From: Cladosporium halotolerans
Taxonomy: Eukaryota
Length of the DNA stretch: 64,000 nucleotides
Direction of reading: 5' to 3'
Assembly (NCBI RefSeq): GCF_011745625.1
Contig: NW_027191454.1
Coordinates: 62,001-126,000, forward strand
Numbering within the stretch: the first letter of the stretch is position 1; every line of letters starts with the position of its first letter. A program made the translations under genes and the position numbers. This document shows, piece after piece, positions 49,393 to 64,000 of the stretch. The notes beneath the pieces are model-generated. The model was not told the origin of the DNA and ran no database searches. It saw nothing but the letters and a program-made list of their open reading frames with translations.

Positions 49393-51145
49393 GAAGCCCA
49401 ATGGGTGCCCTGTCGAGGCCAGTACTGCCGGTATGTGGTGACAAGGTGCAGGACAATGGGTGAGGTGGGTGACTGGTACAAATGCAAAAATCCGAGCGAG
49501 CTATGCGCGGGCCCGAGCGCTCACACCGCCGGCGCTAGCCCATACCGTGCAGCAGGAGTCAGAGCTCCTCCGCCCTCGCCGCCCTCGCGCGCTCTTATCA
49601 GTACCGAGAAAACGCCATTATCGTGCGCCGCGCGCCGTTCAGTATGACTGTGGTTTTCTTTTCCGTCTGCCGCACGCTGCTCCCAGCGTCGCGGGCCTCG
49701 CGGCCCTGATGTCTTAGTTGCAGATCGCTACAAACTCATGGGGGCCCATTGGGGTTCTCTCCGGTACCGGCGCCAGTCCTTTTACGTCTGGTATTGTTGC
49801 AACTGTCTTTCCATCACCTGCTATGATTACACATTCAGAAGACGAGCGCCCGCCAATGGTTGTAACTTCACTTTGAAGGTAGTCATCAAGACCGTGAAGA
49901 TATCTCTTCTTCACTTGACGGCAATCTGCGCCTGAGACGCATGCCACTCGTCGGTGTGTGAAGCGCACGCTGAGGCAGTAGTGTGCAGGAGGCTTCCTAT
50001 CATGTGTGCTTGTGCAGGGTATTGAAGCCCTGTAGCTAAGTAGAGCAGGCTTGATGCCATTGTCGGCACCCGAGGGTCTTCCCTTGAAGCTTCACATTTT
50101 CATACTTTGATGGACGGACAGCAGATTGTCCAAGGGCCACCTCTCGCTGATGCAGGCACCCCTAGTGTCATTGAGGGAAAGACCTCGCGTCATTAAATAA
50201 TAAAGTAACATCCGCCTTCTCAGACGATCCGTGCCGACGCAAGGACTTCTATGATAAGCAGCGGGCGGATTATAGTGATGCATCTTCAAGGACGGTTGGT
50301 ACCTCCCTCGCCGGATCAACGGCGGGGAGGCCAGAATACAGTTGAAGATGTTGAGGTGAGATGATGATGAGACGAAAGAATGTCTCAGGAAGTACTCAGT
50401 CTGCGTATAGAGTCTGCGAATTATTTCACATGTCATGGAGCCATGGTGTTGTATCATGTGTATCGCCGCGCAGTTCTGTTCATAAGGTACCTCCTCACAA
50501 GCGAAAGGGTTGGACCCTAAGGCCAATCCAAGGTGAGGTGCGAATCCTGACGCGCCAAGTCTGCTGTTACGCAAGCTCGAGGCCAGCATGCGATTTGGTT
50601 GTTTATATTCGCTTGTGCAGAACGCGATCATGTCTGCCGAAGAGTAGATGTTCATGAAACTCGCGCGATAGTAATAGCGTTCAAGACGTCTGAGTAAGAA
50701 TACAATTGTAACAAAAACCTCCCGCAATCGTAAACCGTACAGCAATCACGACCTGAGCCAGCCCTGCGCTGAATGAGGGCCGGCGGTAGCTGCAGGGGTC
50801 TCCAGTCTACCGCACCGCACCGTCTCCTGGAGCCATCTTCGCCTCGTACACCTTGCACTTTCACGAACCCAGCAGCAACCCTATCCGCATACCGCGCCCG
50901 CCCGATTAGATGCATCTACGGTAGCCGGTGGCCATCTCCAATTGGGACCCAACAACGTCGCTCCTTTAGCGGTGCAGCCACCGCCCACACCAACGCCGTT
51001 CCTCCAACGCAAGCCAAACCTCGCGCTACCACCGGACCCTCCGCGACACTCCAAGACTGTACAACACACGCAATAGCTGAGCGCTACCCCATTTAATAGG
51101 CGGCCTGGCCGCTGGACACGATACACGGAGCGCAACGCCGCAACC

Positions 51146-52792
51146 ATGGATTACCTCCGAAAACGCATGCCCTCTGCGGAGAACATGCCCACCTTGAAAA
51201 GCCTCCAATACGCCAATCTCAAGGACGCCTCGGAAAAGCTGTCGCCGCGGTTAGGTTTCTTCCGAAGAAGAGTGAGAATACGAGGAAACAGCAAGATCAG
51301 TGTACCCTTGTACCTCGTCCTACTTTTTCCGACCTTGGTCGTCATCCTGATTCTGGTGCTTTTTGTGCGCCATCCGGACAGCCCTGCGGCCCGCTTGATT
51401 CCCAGCGGCGCGCCGCCCAGTATCCGCAAGATTAGCGAGAAGCACGATAAGGTGTTTGTCAGTGGCTGTTTGGAGCCTCAGAGGGAAGCGGAGCACCCCA
51501 GAGAGAATGGCGTATTCGTGGTGCTGGCGAGGAATAAGGAGTTGCCTGGTGTGCTTGACAGTCTGAAGAGTGTCGAACGTCACTTCAACCGGTGGTTCCA
51601 CTACCCTTATGTCTTCCTTAACAATGAGGAATTCAACAGCACTTTCAAAGAGACGGTCATGAACTACACTTCTTCTACTGTCGAGTTTGGCAAGATCGCG
51701 CCGGAACACTGGGGCTTCCCCGACTGGACCGATGCACGAGTCGCTAAAGAGGGCATCGCCAAACAGGGCGACCAGGCGATCATGTACGGTGGCATGGAAT
51801 CCTACCACCACATGTGCCGCTTCTACTCTGGCTTCTTTTACAAGCACGAGCTGCTCCAGAAGTACGACTGGTACTGGCGTGTGGAGCCCGACATCAAGTA
51901 CTTCTGCGACATCACCTACGACCCCTTCGTGCACATGGCCCGCAACAACAAGACCTACGGTTTCACTATCGCGGTCAAGGAGCTGAAGGAAACCGTCCCC
52001 AATATCTTCCGCTACGCATCCGCGTACAAGCGCGTGAACAACCTCACGTCCCAGGGCCTGTGGGAGATGTTCGTGGAGCCCAAGCCTGAGGACGAGAACA
52101 AGCCGGAAGATCTTCCCAAGGGCGACCCAAAATACGACAACGAGAAGCCTCTGCCCGAAGACATTCTCCGCACTGAGCCCGGCTCCGGCACCCTGCCGGA
52201 GATCGACCCAGAAGCCATGGAAGGCGAGAAGTACAACATGTGCCATTTCTGGAGTAACTTCGAGATCGCGCGCCTGGATTTCTTCCGCAGCAAAAAGTAC
52301 GAAGACTTCTTCAACATGATGGACCGCAGCGGTGGCTTCTGGATGGAAAGAGTGAGTCGGATTCCATGAAGAGCACATGAATTAGAAGTATCATGCTAAC
52401 ATCTACAAAAGTGGGGCGACGCACCCATCCACTCCCTCGCGGCCGGCGCCCTCCTCGCGCCCCACGACATCCACTACTTCCGCGACTTCGGCTACCGCCA
52501 CACCACCATCCAGCACTGCCCCGCCAACGCGCCCGCGCGCCAGCTCCCCCGCCAACCCTACCTCGGCACCGACTTCGAGCAAAAGGTCGCGTCCGTGGAC
52601 AAGGAGTTCTCGCAAAAGCTCGAAGAAGACGACGACTACTGGGCGAAGTGGGACACGGAGAAGGAGAACGGCGTCGGCTGCCGCTGCCGCTGCGACACGG
52701 ACATCGTGGACGTCGAGGGCAAGGAGGGCAGCTGCATCCCGGAGTGGGTGGACATCGCGGGCGGGTACGTGACGCCCGAGGGCCCGAGCTAG
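51146..52792 (+). CDS. GT15 alpha-1,2-mannosyltransferase (Kre2/Ktr family, Ktr5/7-like); exons 51146-52351 and 52412-52792
   Basis: Type II TM anchor; VLARNKEL, SYHHMCRFYSGFF, YWRVEP, YNMCHFWSNFEI and ER|WGDAPIHSL. Confidence 0.92.
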
Positions 52793-53633
52793 GTTCCCAC
52801 TGGCTGCCTTGTGCTTGGATGCGATTCGCCGGCGGGTTGAGGAAAGCGTTGTTGGTTGGGGGCACGGGGGATCGTATCGGACTCGAAGATATGGTCGAAT
52901 GGAAAGAAACGGACTGGCACCCTTTTTGGAGCGGGCTGGGGAGTCATCTACTCTAGTAATGCTAGGCGCTTTTTGTGGAAATACATGTTTCTTCTGCTTT
53001 GCTCGAAGGACGTTGTCGTCACCGTGCGTTGAATGACCAAATACCTACCTTCGGTTATTGTGAAGCTGGGAGCGATCTATTGACTAGTTCAGACAAGCTC
53101 ACCTTTCATCAGTCTTGGATCATACCCTTGAAAACATTGCAACGCGCGACGTCTCGGGACAGAGTGAGCGCGTCTGATACGATTATATATTCGGACCAGA
53201 AAGCAGCGGAAGAGGTAACGAACCACTAGCACTTTATTTAAAACAGTAACGTTAGATACTCAACTCTTAGGCCTTGAAGAAGTATCTGCCGGAGGTTTTG
53301 CAGTCGCCGCATTTCTGGCGCACAAGAAAAAGCAAAGGTATTGATCACCCTCTGAAATAGACGCCGCAAACACCTGCGCTCCGTTCCTTCCGAAATGGGC
53401 ACCCTTTCTCCGAAAATTCAAAAGCATCCGTTGTCTTCAATCGACATGATGGTATGCAAAATCAGTTACGTGCCTTGCCGCTTTCGCGTTCGCTGAGAAA
53501 CTGGCAGCCATTGAGCCATAGTTCAGCCTCCAAGCCGTTGAGACTGGGCGAAGTAAAGCTAGGGGCAAACGCAATGACAATAAGCGCAGACACCACGAAT
53601 AAGGTGATTGGCCGCTTACATGAGGCCGACGCT

Positions 53634-54561
53634 CTACGAGATGGCGCTCATGTCGACACGGCTGGAAGTGAAATCCCAGAGCATCTTGATCAATGGGTCG
53701 GGCAGAGTGTAAAGGTCCACGTGAAACTCGCCGTCTGTAGGGAAAATGTCAGTCAGAGTTACGCGTCTTTCGCCAGACCATCAGATGAGGGCAAACTCAC
53801 TGTCGACGTCATTCTTAGTGTACGTCTCGTCGCTCTTGTTGTCGTGAACCATCTGCACAACCTGCAGGAGATCCTCCTCGCCGAGCTGCGGCAGCGCCTC
53901 GGCCAGCTTCTCCATATCCACATTGCGGTTTGCACTCTTGCGCACCTTCTTCTCCTTCGCCTGACCGGCAGCCGGAGTGCTAGCGACGCCGTTGGACTTG
54001 GCCTCGTCGCCAACGCTGCCGCTCTCTCTCAGCGCATCGAGCAGCGGGCCCTTGGGATTCCTGAATGTGACATTGTGCGTGCTCTCATAGCGCTCTTGCT
54101 GGAAGTTGAGGTCGTGGGCGAGGACCTGGTCGCCGGACTTGGGTGCGCCGACGGGCGTGAGGGAGATTTGCATGTCGAACTCGCCCCATCCCTTCTCGTT
54201 AATGGTGAAAGGCGGGCGGCGGAAGGTCTGGCGCATGCGCTTGGGACCGAAGGAGTCGTGGAGGATGTAGGTGGCTTTCTCGAAACAGTTCGCGGGCAGC
54301 TCCTCGCCTTCGGGGCTGAGCAGGAAGATGCTAATGTTCCAGCCGCGCAGAGGGAAGCCGCCATTCTCTTCGTTTGCTTCCTCGCTGTATGCCTTGTTAG
54401 CGGTGCGAGGCTGTGAATGGGCGCGATTGGGACGTACATGACGCGCTGCTCTGTGATGAGCTTGACGGTTCTCTTGACCTGTGTCTGTTTGTTAGCAGCT
54501 GTCCCTGCTATGTCGCACGTATTGGTATGGTAATGCAAGCACTAGCACGTACGTCAGGCAT
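53634..54561 (-). CDS. TAF14: YEATS + ET domain transcription factor Taf14; exons 54561-54553, 54478-54438, 54384-53801, 53734-53634
   Basis: MPDVKRTVKLITEQ, GFPLRGW, YILHDSF, EKGWGEFDM (YEATS); VDMEKLAE..L.EEDLLQVVQMVHDNK and GEFHVDLYTLPD (ET). Confidence 0.92.
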
Positions 54562-55577
54562 GGTGGTTGGAGGACGCGCCGACTATGGCGCGGCGCAAAC
54601 GGTTGTCTGAAGTAAAGCAACGGCGGGTATGCTAATTGAGGCAGTCGATATAGTCGCGCAGATGTGGCGCGTCGAGTAATGAACAGTTTTGGCAAGGATG
54701 CAGAGTGATGCGGTGGCTGAAGTTCTCGCGCGCGTGAAGCCCGCCGTGGAAGTGGAAGTGGAAGTGAGCTTTGTCGCGCGTGTGGGGTTGTCGCGGCTTG
54801 CTGGCTGCAGGACGGCCATGGTGAAGTAGGGACAATAAAAAGATGCACTAGAAGCAAGATACAGGACCAATGTTTGACTGTGCCTCGGATGAAGAATGAC
54901 TAGCTTCTCTGATTTCTCCCATTTTGTCAAGAAAGATCGTTTATAGAGAATTATCTAGCTTATTGTCGTCGACTTTAGGTGACAGCAAGATCTTCAGTCA
55001 TATTCAACAGTGGCAGAACGGTATGCATGGCACTGTCACATGTGCACACCAAGAGATGGTCTTGCTAACAGTAACGTGCCTCTCTATGTTCAGTGAGTGA
55101 CGACTGGCGACTGTATGAAAATGGCTGTTCGTATCTATCCCACGTTTCTAAGTGAACTGACTTCACTCGCATAATGTAAAGTTCATTTTGCATACGTAGC
55201 TCCGGAGACTCGACTTCATTTCGTAAAGTCGAATAACAGGAGAAGTGGTCGTGAAGTTGAAAACAGCTTTCGTTCCTACATAATATATTTCACGCCGTGC
55301 CATGCATTCATCCGCGAGCGTCCCGTGGAACGCCAGGCGTGCAATGCTGATCATTGCGGCGTATGTGATGGTGTGACTTTAGGGGTATGTTGTGATGCAG
55401 TGCGGAACGCCCAAATTTGCTGTCAGGGGTGTTTTGTGTAGGGAAGCAACACTGGCGGTGAGGAGTTTCCCATCCTCTCATGTTGTATGGAGTTGAGCCA
55501 TGAAGTAGCGTGTCTCGTTAAACATCATGGTACCCCAGCCGAGTGTCGGAACGTCATCAAGGTAGATCGGTGCTCGC

Positions 55578-56331
55578 TTAAGACTCCTTGGCGAAGAGGG
55601 CCTCGTTCTCCTGCTGGGCCTTGATGAAGGCCTCCTTGAAGAGGTTGGCGTTCTCGGAGTTGCCGAAACGGATGGCAAGAGTGGCGGCCTCGGGCTCGCC
55701 CTCAGAGACATCGGCGGCGGCGTTCCAGACCCAGCTGCGGTCGCTGCCAACATTGGGAGAGAGCTTCATGTCGGGAACGACTGCAAAAACGTTAGCACGA
55801 CTGCAACCTACTAGACTCAAACGACCCAAACTTACTGTAGTGGTTGGCGCAGACCTTGAGGGTCTGGTCTCTCCTCATGACCAGACGAGTCTTGCCATTC
55901 TCCTTGTGCTTCAGAAGTCTGACGTCGCCAGTGCCCCTCTCCTTCCACTCCCTGCTCTCACGGTCGAACTTAAAAAGCTTGGCCCTCATCTTGAAGGTCT
56001 GCTCCTCGGCCTCCTCGTTGGTCTTGGTCTCGACCTTCTCGGTAAGGCGAATGACAGGCTCGAAGTGAACATCAGCCTCCTCCTCATCGGCCTTGTCATC
56101 GTCGTTCTCGGCGGCCTTCTCCTTCTGCGCCTTCGCGGAGCCAGAGCGGTCATTCTCCTCATCATCGTCCTCCTTCTTAGCCTCCTTCTTAGCACCGCCG
56201 CCGAACATGGAGAAGACGTTCTCCTTAGCAGCAGTGGCGGTCTCGGCAGCGGCCTCGGTGACGGTCTTCTTCTCCTCAGCCGGGGTGGCCTCAACGGCGG
56301 GGTTCTCGGTGTTCTTGACTTCCTCAGCCAT
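55578..56331 (-). CDS. YRB1: Ran-binding protein 1 (RanBP1/Yrb1); exons 56331-55836 and 55780-55578
   Basis: [53 protein letters not shown]. Confidence 0.95.
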
Positions 56332-56730
56332 TTTGAAAAGAGTCTCGAAGATGCGATTTGTTGGTGGTAGGATAGGTTGTAGAAGCTGGTGGTAGCCTTG
56401 GTAAGGTTTGCAGTTATCTCTCGTGGAGGGGTAGTCAGAGTCCTGCAGAAAGATGTGACGGTCGAAAACAAACGGGCAAGGTTTAGGCGGGGCCAGCCAA
56501 AGGGGTTCGCGCATGGACCCCCAATTCTGTGCGTCACGCCAAAATTCGCCGCCCAACTGAAGCTGGAGCTTTCTCTCACCCACATTCACTGCTGTATGGC
56601 AGTGAGACGGCCGTGACCCTGTTCACTTATTCGTTTCACCTTAGATGCATCCCCGCAGCTGAGTTGTTCTATGCGGGTTGTGCTTGACGAGCGTGCGTGA
56701 ACACCGCACCGAGGTGCAAACTCGAGCAGC

Positions 56731-57258
56731 ATGTCCGGCAAGATCAAGTCAAAGGACCTGCAGTATGACTCCACTCTACCACCTTTCTTGCAGCGTATGC
56801 GAGCGCAGAACTCGGGCTACGGAGACGACAGAGATCCGGACCGTCATGAACGACCGCTGGCTCGGCCAAAGAAAGCTAAGAATCCAGATGATGACGACGG
56901 GCCTACCGTGGTAGATGAATCCGGCGAAACGATTTCCAAAGATGAGTACGAGAAACAACTAAAAGGCAAAGAGGAAGGTGAGGAAGATGGCGGAAACGTC
57001 ACGGGAGAGCTGAAAGGGGACGGCAAACCCGAGGCCTCTGGGGCTTTGCCTCCCGATGGCGGACCGCGGGTCGAGCAAAAAGTCACTGATGGCGCTGCAA
57101 CAAAGAAGAGGAAGGTTGGCAAGGTCGTTGGCGACGATGCTGAAGAAGAGAGCAAAGGCGATGCCGTTGGAAAGAGCGCTGTCGAGAAGGCATCGAAAAA
57201 GGCAAAGAAGAAGGCTAAGCCCATCAAGCTCGCATTTGAAGACGACGAGGGCACTTGA
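56731..57258 (+). CDS. Small charged protein, DUF4604-like
   Basis: LQYDSTLPPFLQRMR, DDGPTVVD, Lys-rich tail ending IKLAFEDDE; divergent from YRB1. Confidence 0.65.
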   Translation: MSGKIKSKDLQYDSTLPPFLQRMRAQNSGYGDDRDPDRHERPLARPKKAKNPDDDDGPTVVDESGETISKDEYEKQLKGKEEGEEDGGNVTGELKGDGKPEASGALPPDGGPRVEQKVTDGAATKKRKVGKVVGDDAEEESKGDAVGKSAVEKASKKAKKKAKPIKLAFEDDEGT

Positions 57259-58412
57259 TGTGACCATTTAGCTTCTTGCTTTTCCGTTTTGGAGACTGGC
57301 ACTGCCTCTGCCAGCAAAAGAACGGTTGGCGGACATACAACCGGCCCATCGTTAGCGGCGGACAAGCACTCGAGAACTTACACCAAAGGTACGTCTGATT
57401 TGATTTGATTCGATTTCTTTCCCTTATGTGATGATTCTCAAAATATTGGAGCTGTCCTATCTCCCATTGTGGATTGAGGAAGAACCTATTATACGCAAAA
57501 CATCTGAAAAACCCTCAAGAACAATGCATGATCTAGTTCAAACGATCAATTTTGTCCAGTCACTAACTTTGTGACAGCTTTTCGACACAAGTCGTCCGCC
57601 TCGATCGTTTAATCAGCACGTCGAGACTGCTGAAGCCATCTCTACTCCACTCGGCATGTTGAAATGGCCAGCTGCAATTATCAGGACCTCGAATAGAGTT
57701 CCAGTGGTACTGCGTCAATGTTGCAATGTCTGTCGAGTATAAGAGCATGCGGCAGAGCAGTGCGTCTGCAAGTTGCTCCAGGCATTTCCCATGCAATTAT
57801 AGATCCGAGACCCGGATCAGATATCCACATTCTAGGATACAAGTATTTCACGCATCTGTCGGTCTAGAATGCTCCGTCTTTTATCTAGTCTGTACGTGCT
57901 CACACTTTGAAGACTGAGGCTTTCTGATTACAGTGCTTCACTTGCGGTATCTGCATTCGGTGAAATTCCGCTGAAGGATACAGATGAAGTACATATGAGC
58001 TTTGTAATGACTACCTTCTGTACCATAGAGATGATTGGTAATCGTGTCAACGCACTAGGAGTTATGGCATGAATCGCTACAACCACCTGAATGATTTCCA
58101 AGACCCCGCGTGATGATGTCTGGACTCCGAGCGACGTCATGCTTAGGCCGTCGGGCAGACACCGCATGCTGTATCCGGATGGTTGCATAAAATCACTTGG
58201 CCGGCGATGAGCCGTACTCGCTTAACCCCGATAGATTGTCCAGTGCTTTTGTAGATTGAGCCGGATTCAGAGTGCACGAGGTGGAGGTGGGGCCACTCTA
58301 GTTCAGCTTCTATATATTACACCTCAATCATCTCTTCCAAACAACATCATCAGCACTTCACATCACTGTGGGATTCAATACCAATTTACCATTGATCGAA
58401 AACATTGCAACC

Positions 58413-59940
58413 ATGGCGGAGTATTCCACTATACCTGCTGGCGCTACGCTCAACCCCAAGCCGTACAAGGCCCATGTTGCGGACGAGAGGCTCCAACTTC
58501 TGAAGGACCTCGTCAAGATCTCACCCATCGCAGCTCCTACATTTGAGAACACCAGCACTGGCCGTCATTTTGGCATGGAGCGTGAATGGCTGGCCAATGC
58601 TAAGCACGAATGGTCTACTACCTTTGACTGGCGCAAGCAGGAGGACCGTATCAACGCCGTCCCAAATTTCATAGTCCCGATCAAAGACGACCAGGGTGTC
58701 GAAATCGACATCCATTTCCTTGCTCTGTTCTCCAAGAAAAAGGACGCCGTCCCCATTGCATTCTACCACGGCTGGCCAGGCAGCATCCTGGAGTTCCTCG
58801 GCGTGCTCGACTTGCTCAAGAAGAAATACCCATCTGCCGAAGATCTGCCCTACCATGTCATTGTGCCCTCCCTTCCCGGCTACGCATTCTCCTCCGGACC
58901 ACCGCTCGATCGTGACTACACCATGGATCAAGCTGCGACCTGTCTCGACAAGCTCATGCGCGGCCTAGGCTTCAACAAGTACCTTGCGCAAGGCGGTGAC
59001 CTTGGCTCCTTCATCAGCAGACTCCAGGCCGCGATGTCCGACGCGTGCGTTGGCATGCACCTCAACATGGTCGCCATGGGTCCGCCGGACAACAAAGATG
59101 AGCTGCCGATGGATGAGCTCGAGATGAAGTCTCTGGCTCGCGGTGGGGAGTTCGTGAGCCATGGAGCTGCATATGCCCTTGAGCATGGCACGAGGACGGC
59201 TACGATTGGATTGGCTCTTGCTTCCAGCCCCATTGCTATGCTGAGCTGGTCAGTTCACAGTCGAAATACACTAGAAGAGCTCGTATGTCTGACCAGTACA
59301 CAGGATCGGCGAGAAGTTTCTCGAATGGACTGATGAGGATCCCCCTCTGGAAGTATGCCTCGATCCGACCACGTGCATCCGGATGATTAGTCGCTGACAG
59401 CGCAAAGGAAATTCTCGCAAGCGTATCGCTGTACTACTTGACGGACACCTTCCCTCGCTGCATCTACCCGTACAGGGGTGTAAGTCTACATTGGCATAAT
59501 CGATGTTCCTCCTTGCGCAATGCACTGACGCCCACAGCAGCAAGGCAGCAGCAAAGAGTCGCCTCGCCGTTGCGACATCAAGCTTGTAAGTTGCGATCCT
59601 GAATTTCTAATAGTACTTGCGCTCGCTCACTATTACCAGTTCGCGAGCGAAAGGCCTCCTCCACCGTATATCGACAAGCCTCTTGGCTACTCGTTCTTCC
59701 CGAAAGAGCTGTTCCCGGTCCCTGGCAGCTGGGCTGGATGTTTGGCCAACTTGGTTCACTACAAGCGCCACGATGGAGGCGGTCACTTTGCCGTAAGTGT
59801 GAAAGGAACTGGGGTTGGCAATGTAGTAGAGGCATAACTAACAGAGCTTGCAGGCCATGGAGAAGCCGAAAGAGCTGCTCAAGGACGTGGAGGCTTGGAT
59901 CCCGAAGGCATGGGCTGTCGGCGGCGGAGCCAAGCTCTGA
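58413..59940 (+). CDS. Epoxide hydrolase (microsomal/EHN-type alpha/beta hydrolase) with PTS1; exons 58413-59248, 59304-59352, 59408-59479, 59538-59585, 59640-59792, 59854-59940
   Basis: FDWRKQEDRIN, HGWPGS, PSLPGY, QGGDLGS, WIGEKF, GYSFFPKE and GGHFAAME; C-terminal AKL-stop. Confidence 0.9.
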
Positions 59941-60073
59941 TTTTACGACAATGTGGTGCGTCAGGCTCCAATGTCCTAGGAACGGGTTGAGGGAGAAAAG
60001 TACGAATAACGGCCGAAGTAGAAAGCAATCAAATACACAGATTGTGCTCGAGACATTTGGCTCGGAAGCCCAC

Positions 60074-61241
60074 TCACCATTCGATCGTCTCGGGATCGAT
60101 GTACCTCCCGTCGCCGAATATCGGCGGACCGCTCCAATCGTCCCTACCATCCATCCACTGATCCGACGATTCTGATCCCGCTTGCATTTCGCCCTCATTC
60201 CCGTTCCGCAAATCAAACACATGCATGTTGTTGAGTCCTTGCCCGCGCCTTTCCGACATAAAATCTCCCGGTTCCCGCCCTGCCACCGAACCTCTCCGGA
60301 CAACTTTCCCCACGAACACCTGAGCCATGACTCGTCTCGGCTCAAGACGCCATTCCCTCTTGACAGATCCACTGTTGGCATTGACCGGGACCTTCACCTC
60401 GATGACGACGTTTCTACACGTGCGCTTGGCAAAAGGACGGTAGTGATTCTTGATCAATTTGCGTGCATCACGACCGGTGCCGAAGAACAGTAGACCGGTG
60501 ACCGTGCTTGGCACCGACATAGGCAGTAGACAAGCGACGTGCGGCGGGTCTGCGGGAGTAACAATGGTGAAAGAAGGCAGCCGGGCGGGCGTGAGACGAT
60601 CGAGGATGTCGAGGGGAGAGTCCTATGGTACGTTAGTCCATGTCATCCAATCATAAATTAAGATATTGAGGGAGCTAGACCTTTCCCAGAAGACTGGCCA
60701 GCGAGCCAGGTAGCATTAGTGTATCGTGGAGGAAAACGGGCGTGTAAATGGCTGGGTCCAGACCTCCTCCTGGTAGTAGTCTGTCGTGGGGGATTCGGTT
60801 CGCCATTGCTCGTTGGTGAGAATGGGTGACGTATCCTATCGAAGAAGTGGGAAGGGGGAGCAGACCGTCAGGGCTACGAACGCTGGGAGGGCGATCGACT
60901 CTGCTGCTGCTGCTGCTGTCGGATAAATCGCTGTTAGTGCTGCTGTTGCTAATGATTGAGCCGGAGGTGTCGAGAGAGTCTGAAAGGCATGCAGTCGGTG
61001 ACTGAGATTCCTGATTGTGGATCTGGGCGTCGCCTTCGTGTTCGTGCTGGATAGACTCTGCTGCGACTGCGACCGCTAGAGGGCTCGTACAAATATTGCA
61101 CTCAGGAATGCTTGTTGGCGTGTATTCAGCTGCTCCTCGGGAGTGCTCCGTTTCGTGACAAGGTCTAGGAATGACTTCCCAGCTGGGTGGTTTAGCTTCA
61201 ATGGCAGGTCGTGACCTGCCAATGAGGAGTGAGTTCGTCAT
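60074..61241 (-). CDS. Hypothetical protein with a gamma-glutamylcyclotransferase/AIG2-like domain; exons 61241-60681 and 60622-60074
   Basis: VFLHDTLMLP (cf. FxYGTLM), LTPARL and VTGLLFFG; intron with weak GTCTAG donor, ACTAAC branch site and TAG acceptor joins the two ORFs in frame. Confidence 0.5.
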
Positions 61242-62622
61242 GGGAGACTCTCCGGTAATTAAGTGATGCTACTTGGTGGCGGTAGTGACAGGGGGGGAGG
61301 AACGGCGGTAGGCGGTGAAATACATACTCCCAAACACCAGCCAACGCACAGGCGCACGAGATCAGTGACCTCGCTTTTATAAAGGCTCATAAACCATGTG
61401 CAAGACGGTACCCGACACGTCAGTGGTCATTTTGATTGTTCTCAATGGTCGACGTGCTGAAGATCAGGGCAGAGCGTCGGGTGTAGTAGCACACTAATAT
61501 CTTATCAGGCGAGATTCTGAACGCGCCATGCTCTACGGGCTTGGACTAGATTTAAAGATGAGGAACATGAGGATCCGGAGATACTGTAACATGAAGGCAA
61601 AGGCTAACACACTGTTGGAATCGCGCTGCTCTACAAGCGACGCGTTCTCGCCGGTAGCACAGTATACTGTGGCTTGACGGTATATGGAAGCAGCGTTTCG
61701 TCCAGAAGGGAATGCGATTAGAGTCATCGTCAACCAGCGGTTGCAACATCGGGTCGTCATGTCTGCAACGCTTATCTTCAAACCTTCGACGCAATCTCTG
61801 TGAGACATCCGCAGAGATTCTGATACCCGATCACGCAATTTCGAGACATCCTGTGCATCTAGGCCATCTGCTGCACCATGAACGTGAAGTCGTTGCCCAG
61901 CCTGGTGCCACGTTCCGAATAGGTGACAAGACATGTGCACCTCCGATCGAGGTGCATAGGGCTATGCAGGGGCGTTCAAATCCAGAACATCTGCAGTAAA
62001 CCAGCCTGAGCAAGGCATATATTCCAAGTCCCGGGAGATGCCTACGTCGTGCTACCGAAGGAGGTGATAGAAGTGGCGGTGAAGCAATAGGCACATCACC
62101 CAACTCCACGCCTTTCGCCCTGGCGCATGGTGGCGTTTCACTCAGGTACAGTCAGGTTGCCACTGGAATCGGCGGCGGACCAAAGCCGACGCGGCGACAC
62201 GTGAGAGCGCGAGCAGCAGTGAAGTGAAGGCCAGGCAGCCGTCAGACGCGCGCTCTCGCCAGACGTGGCTTATTGATTAGATATTGATTAAGCTTCCCGG
62301 ACCTTCCACCGCTTTCCACTCGACTGTGCCCGTCACTCTTGTCGCGAGATAGCAGCGAGTGAGCGTCGGCGCCTCAGGCCGACGTGGCCCAAGCACGGAT
62401 GCAGTGACGCCAACCGACCTCCAAAGCTGTTCATCACCACTTGCGTTCGCTGCACGTAGCTTCACCATCCACAACCACCACACTACTCCTCCCCACAACA
62501 CTTTCCTTCCCCATCAACATCAAGGTCGCCCACCTGCACCTTGATCCACCACTCACTCGCCGGCAAACTCTACCGCCGCGCACCTTCCGCCCGTAGTCAC
62601 GGCAAACAAGCATACATCGTAA

Positions 62623-64000
<1,378 letters not shown>

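Noticed and set aside
50092..50745. 217-aa minus-strand ORF between CPA2 and the KTR gene
   Set aside because: Non-ATG start, no codon bias or motifs; probably intergenic

Overview
Gene-dense eukaryotic DNA from a filamentous ascomycete (short GT-AG introns with CTRAY branch sites; Pezizomycotina, possibly Dothideomycetes, by inference). About 23 protein-coding genes are supportable: TRM3, a microbial-PARG/TIGR02452-domain gene, an Ams2/Spt21-type GATA factor, SmD2, a head-to-head 2-methylcitrate synthase / methylisocitrate lyase pair, a pectin lyase divergent from a UidA-like beta-glucuronidase, ARG5,6, a peroxisomal Nudix hydrolase, RAX2, a DUF6594-like membrane protein, UTP12, ARPC2, the arginine-specific carbamoyl-phosphate synthetase large subunit (CPA2/arg-3), a KTR mannosyltransferase, TAF14, YRB1, a DUF4604-like protein, an epoxide hydrolase, a GGCT-like protein and the 5' part of CDC48, plus a RIP-like degenerate relic. 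The most striking locus is CPA2 (minus strand, 45069-49392), with three features the ORF track misses. (1) An intron-split 24-codon uORF encodes a canonical arginine attenuator peptide (MTFAPTKTTSQDYISDHLWKAQVN), which I know only from the small-subunit gene CPA1/arg-2. (2) The CDS needs a 2-nt micro-exon (AA) to stay in frame. (3) The adjacent 543-nt intron folds by eye into two long hairpins and carries four copies of GAYGTNCTRCC. Together these suggest a multi-layer post-transcriptional arginine control system; function is inferred, not shown.
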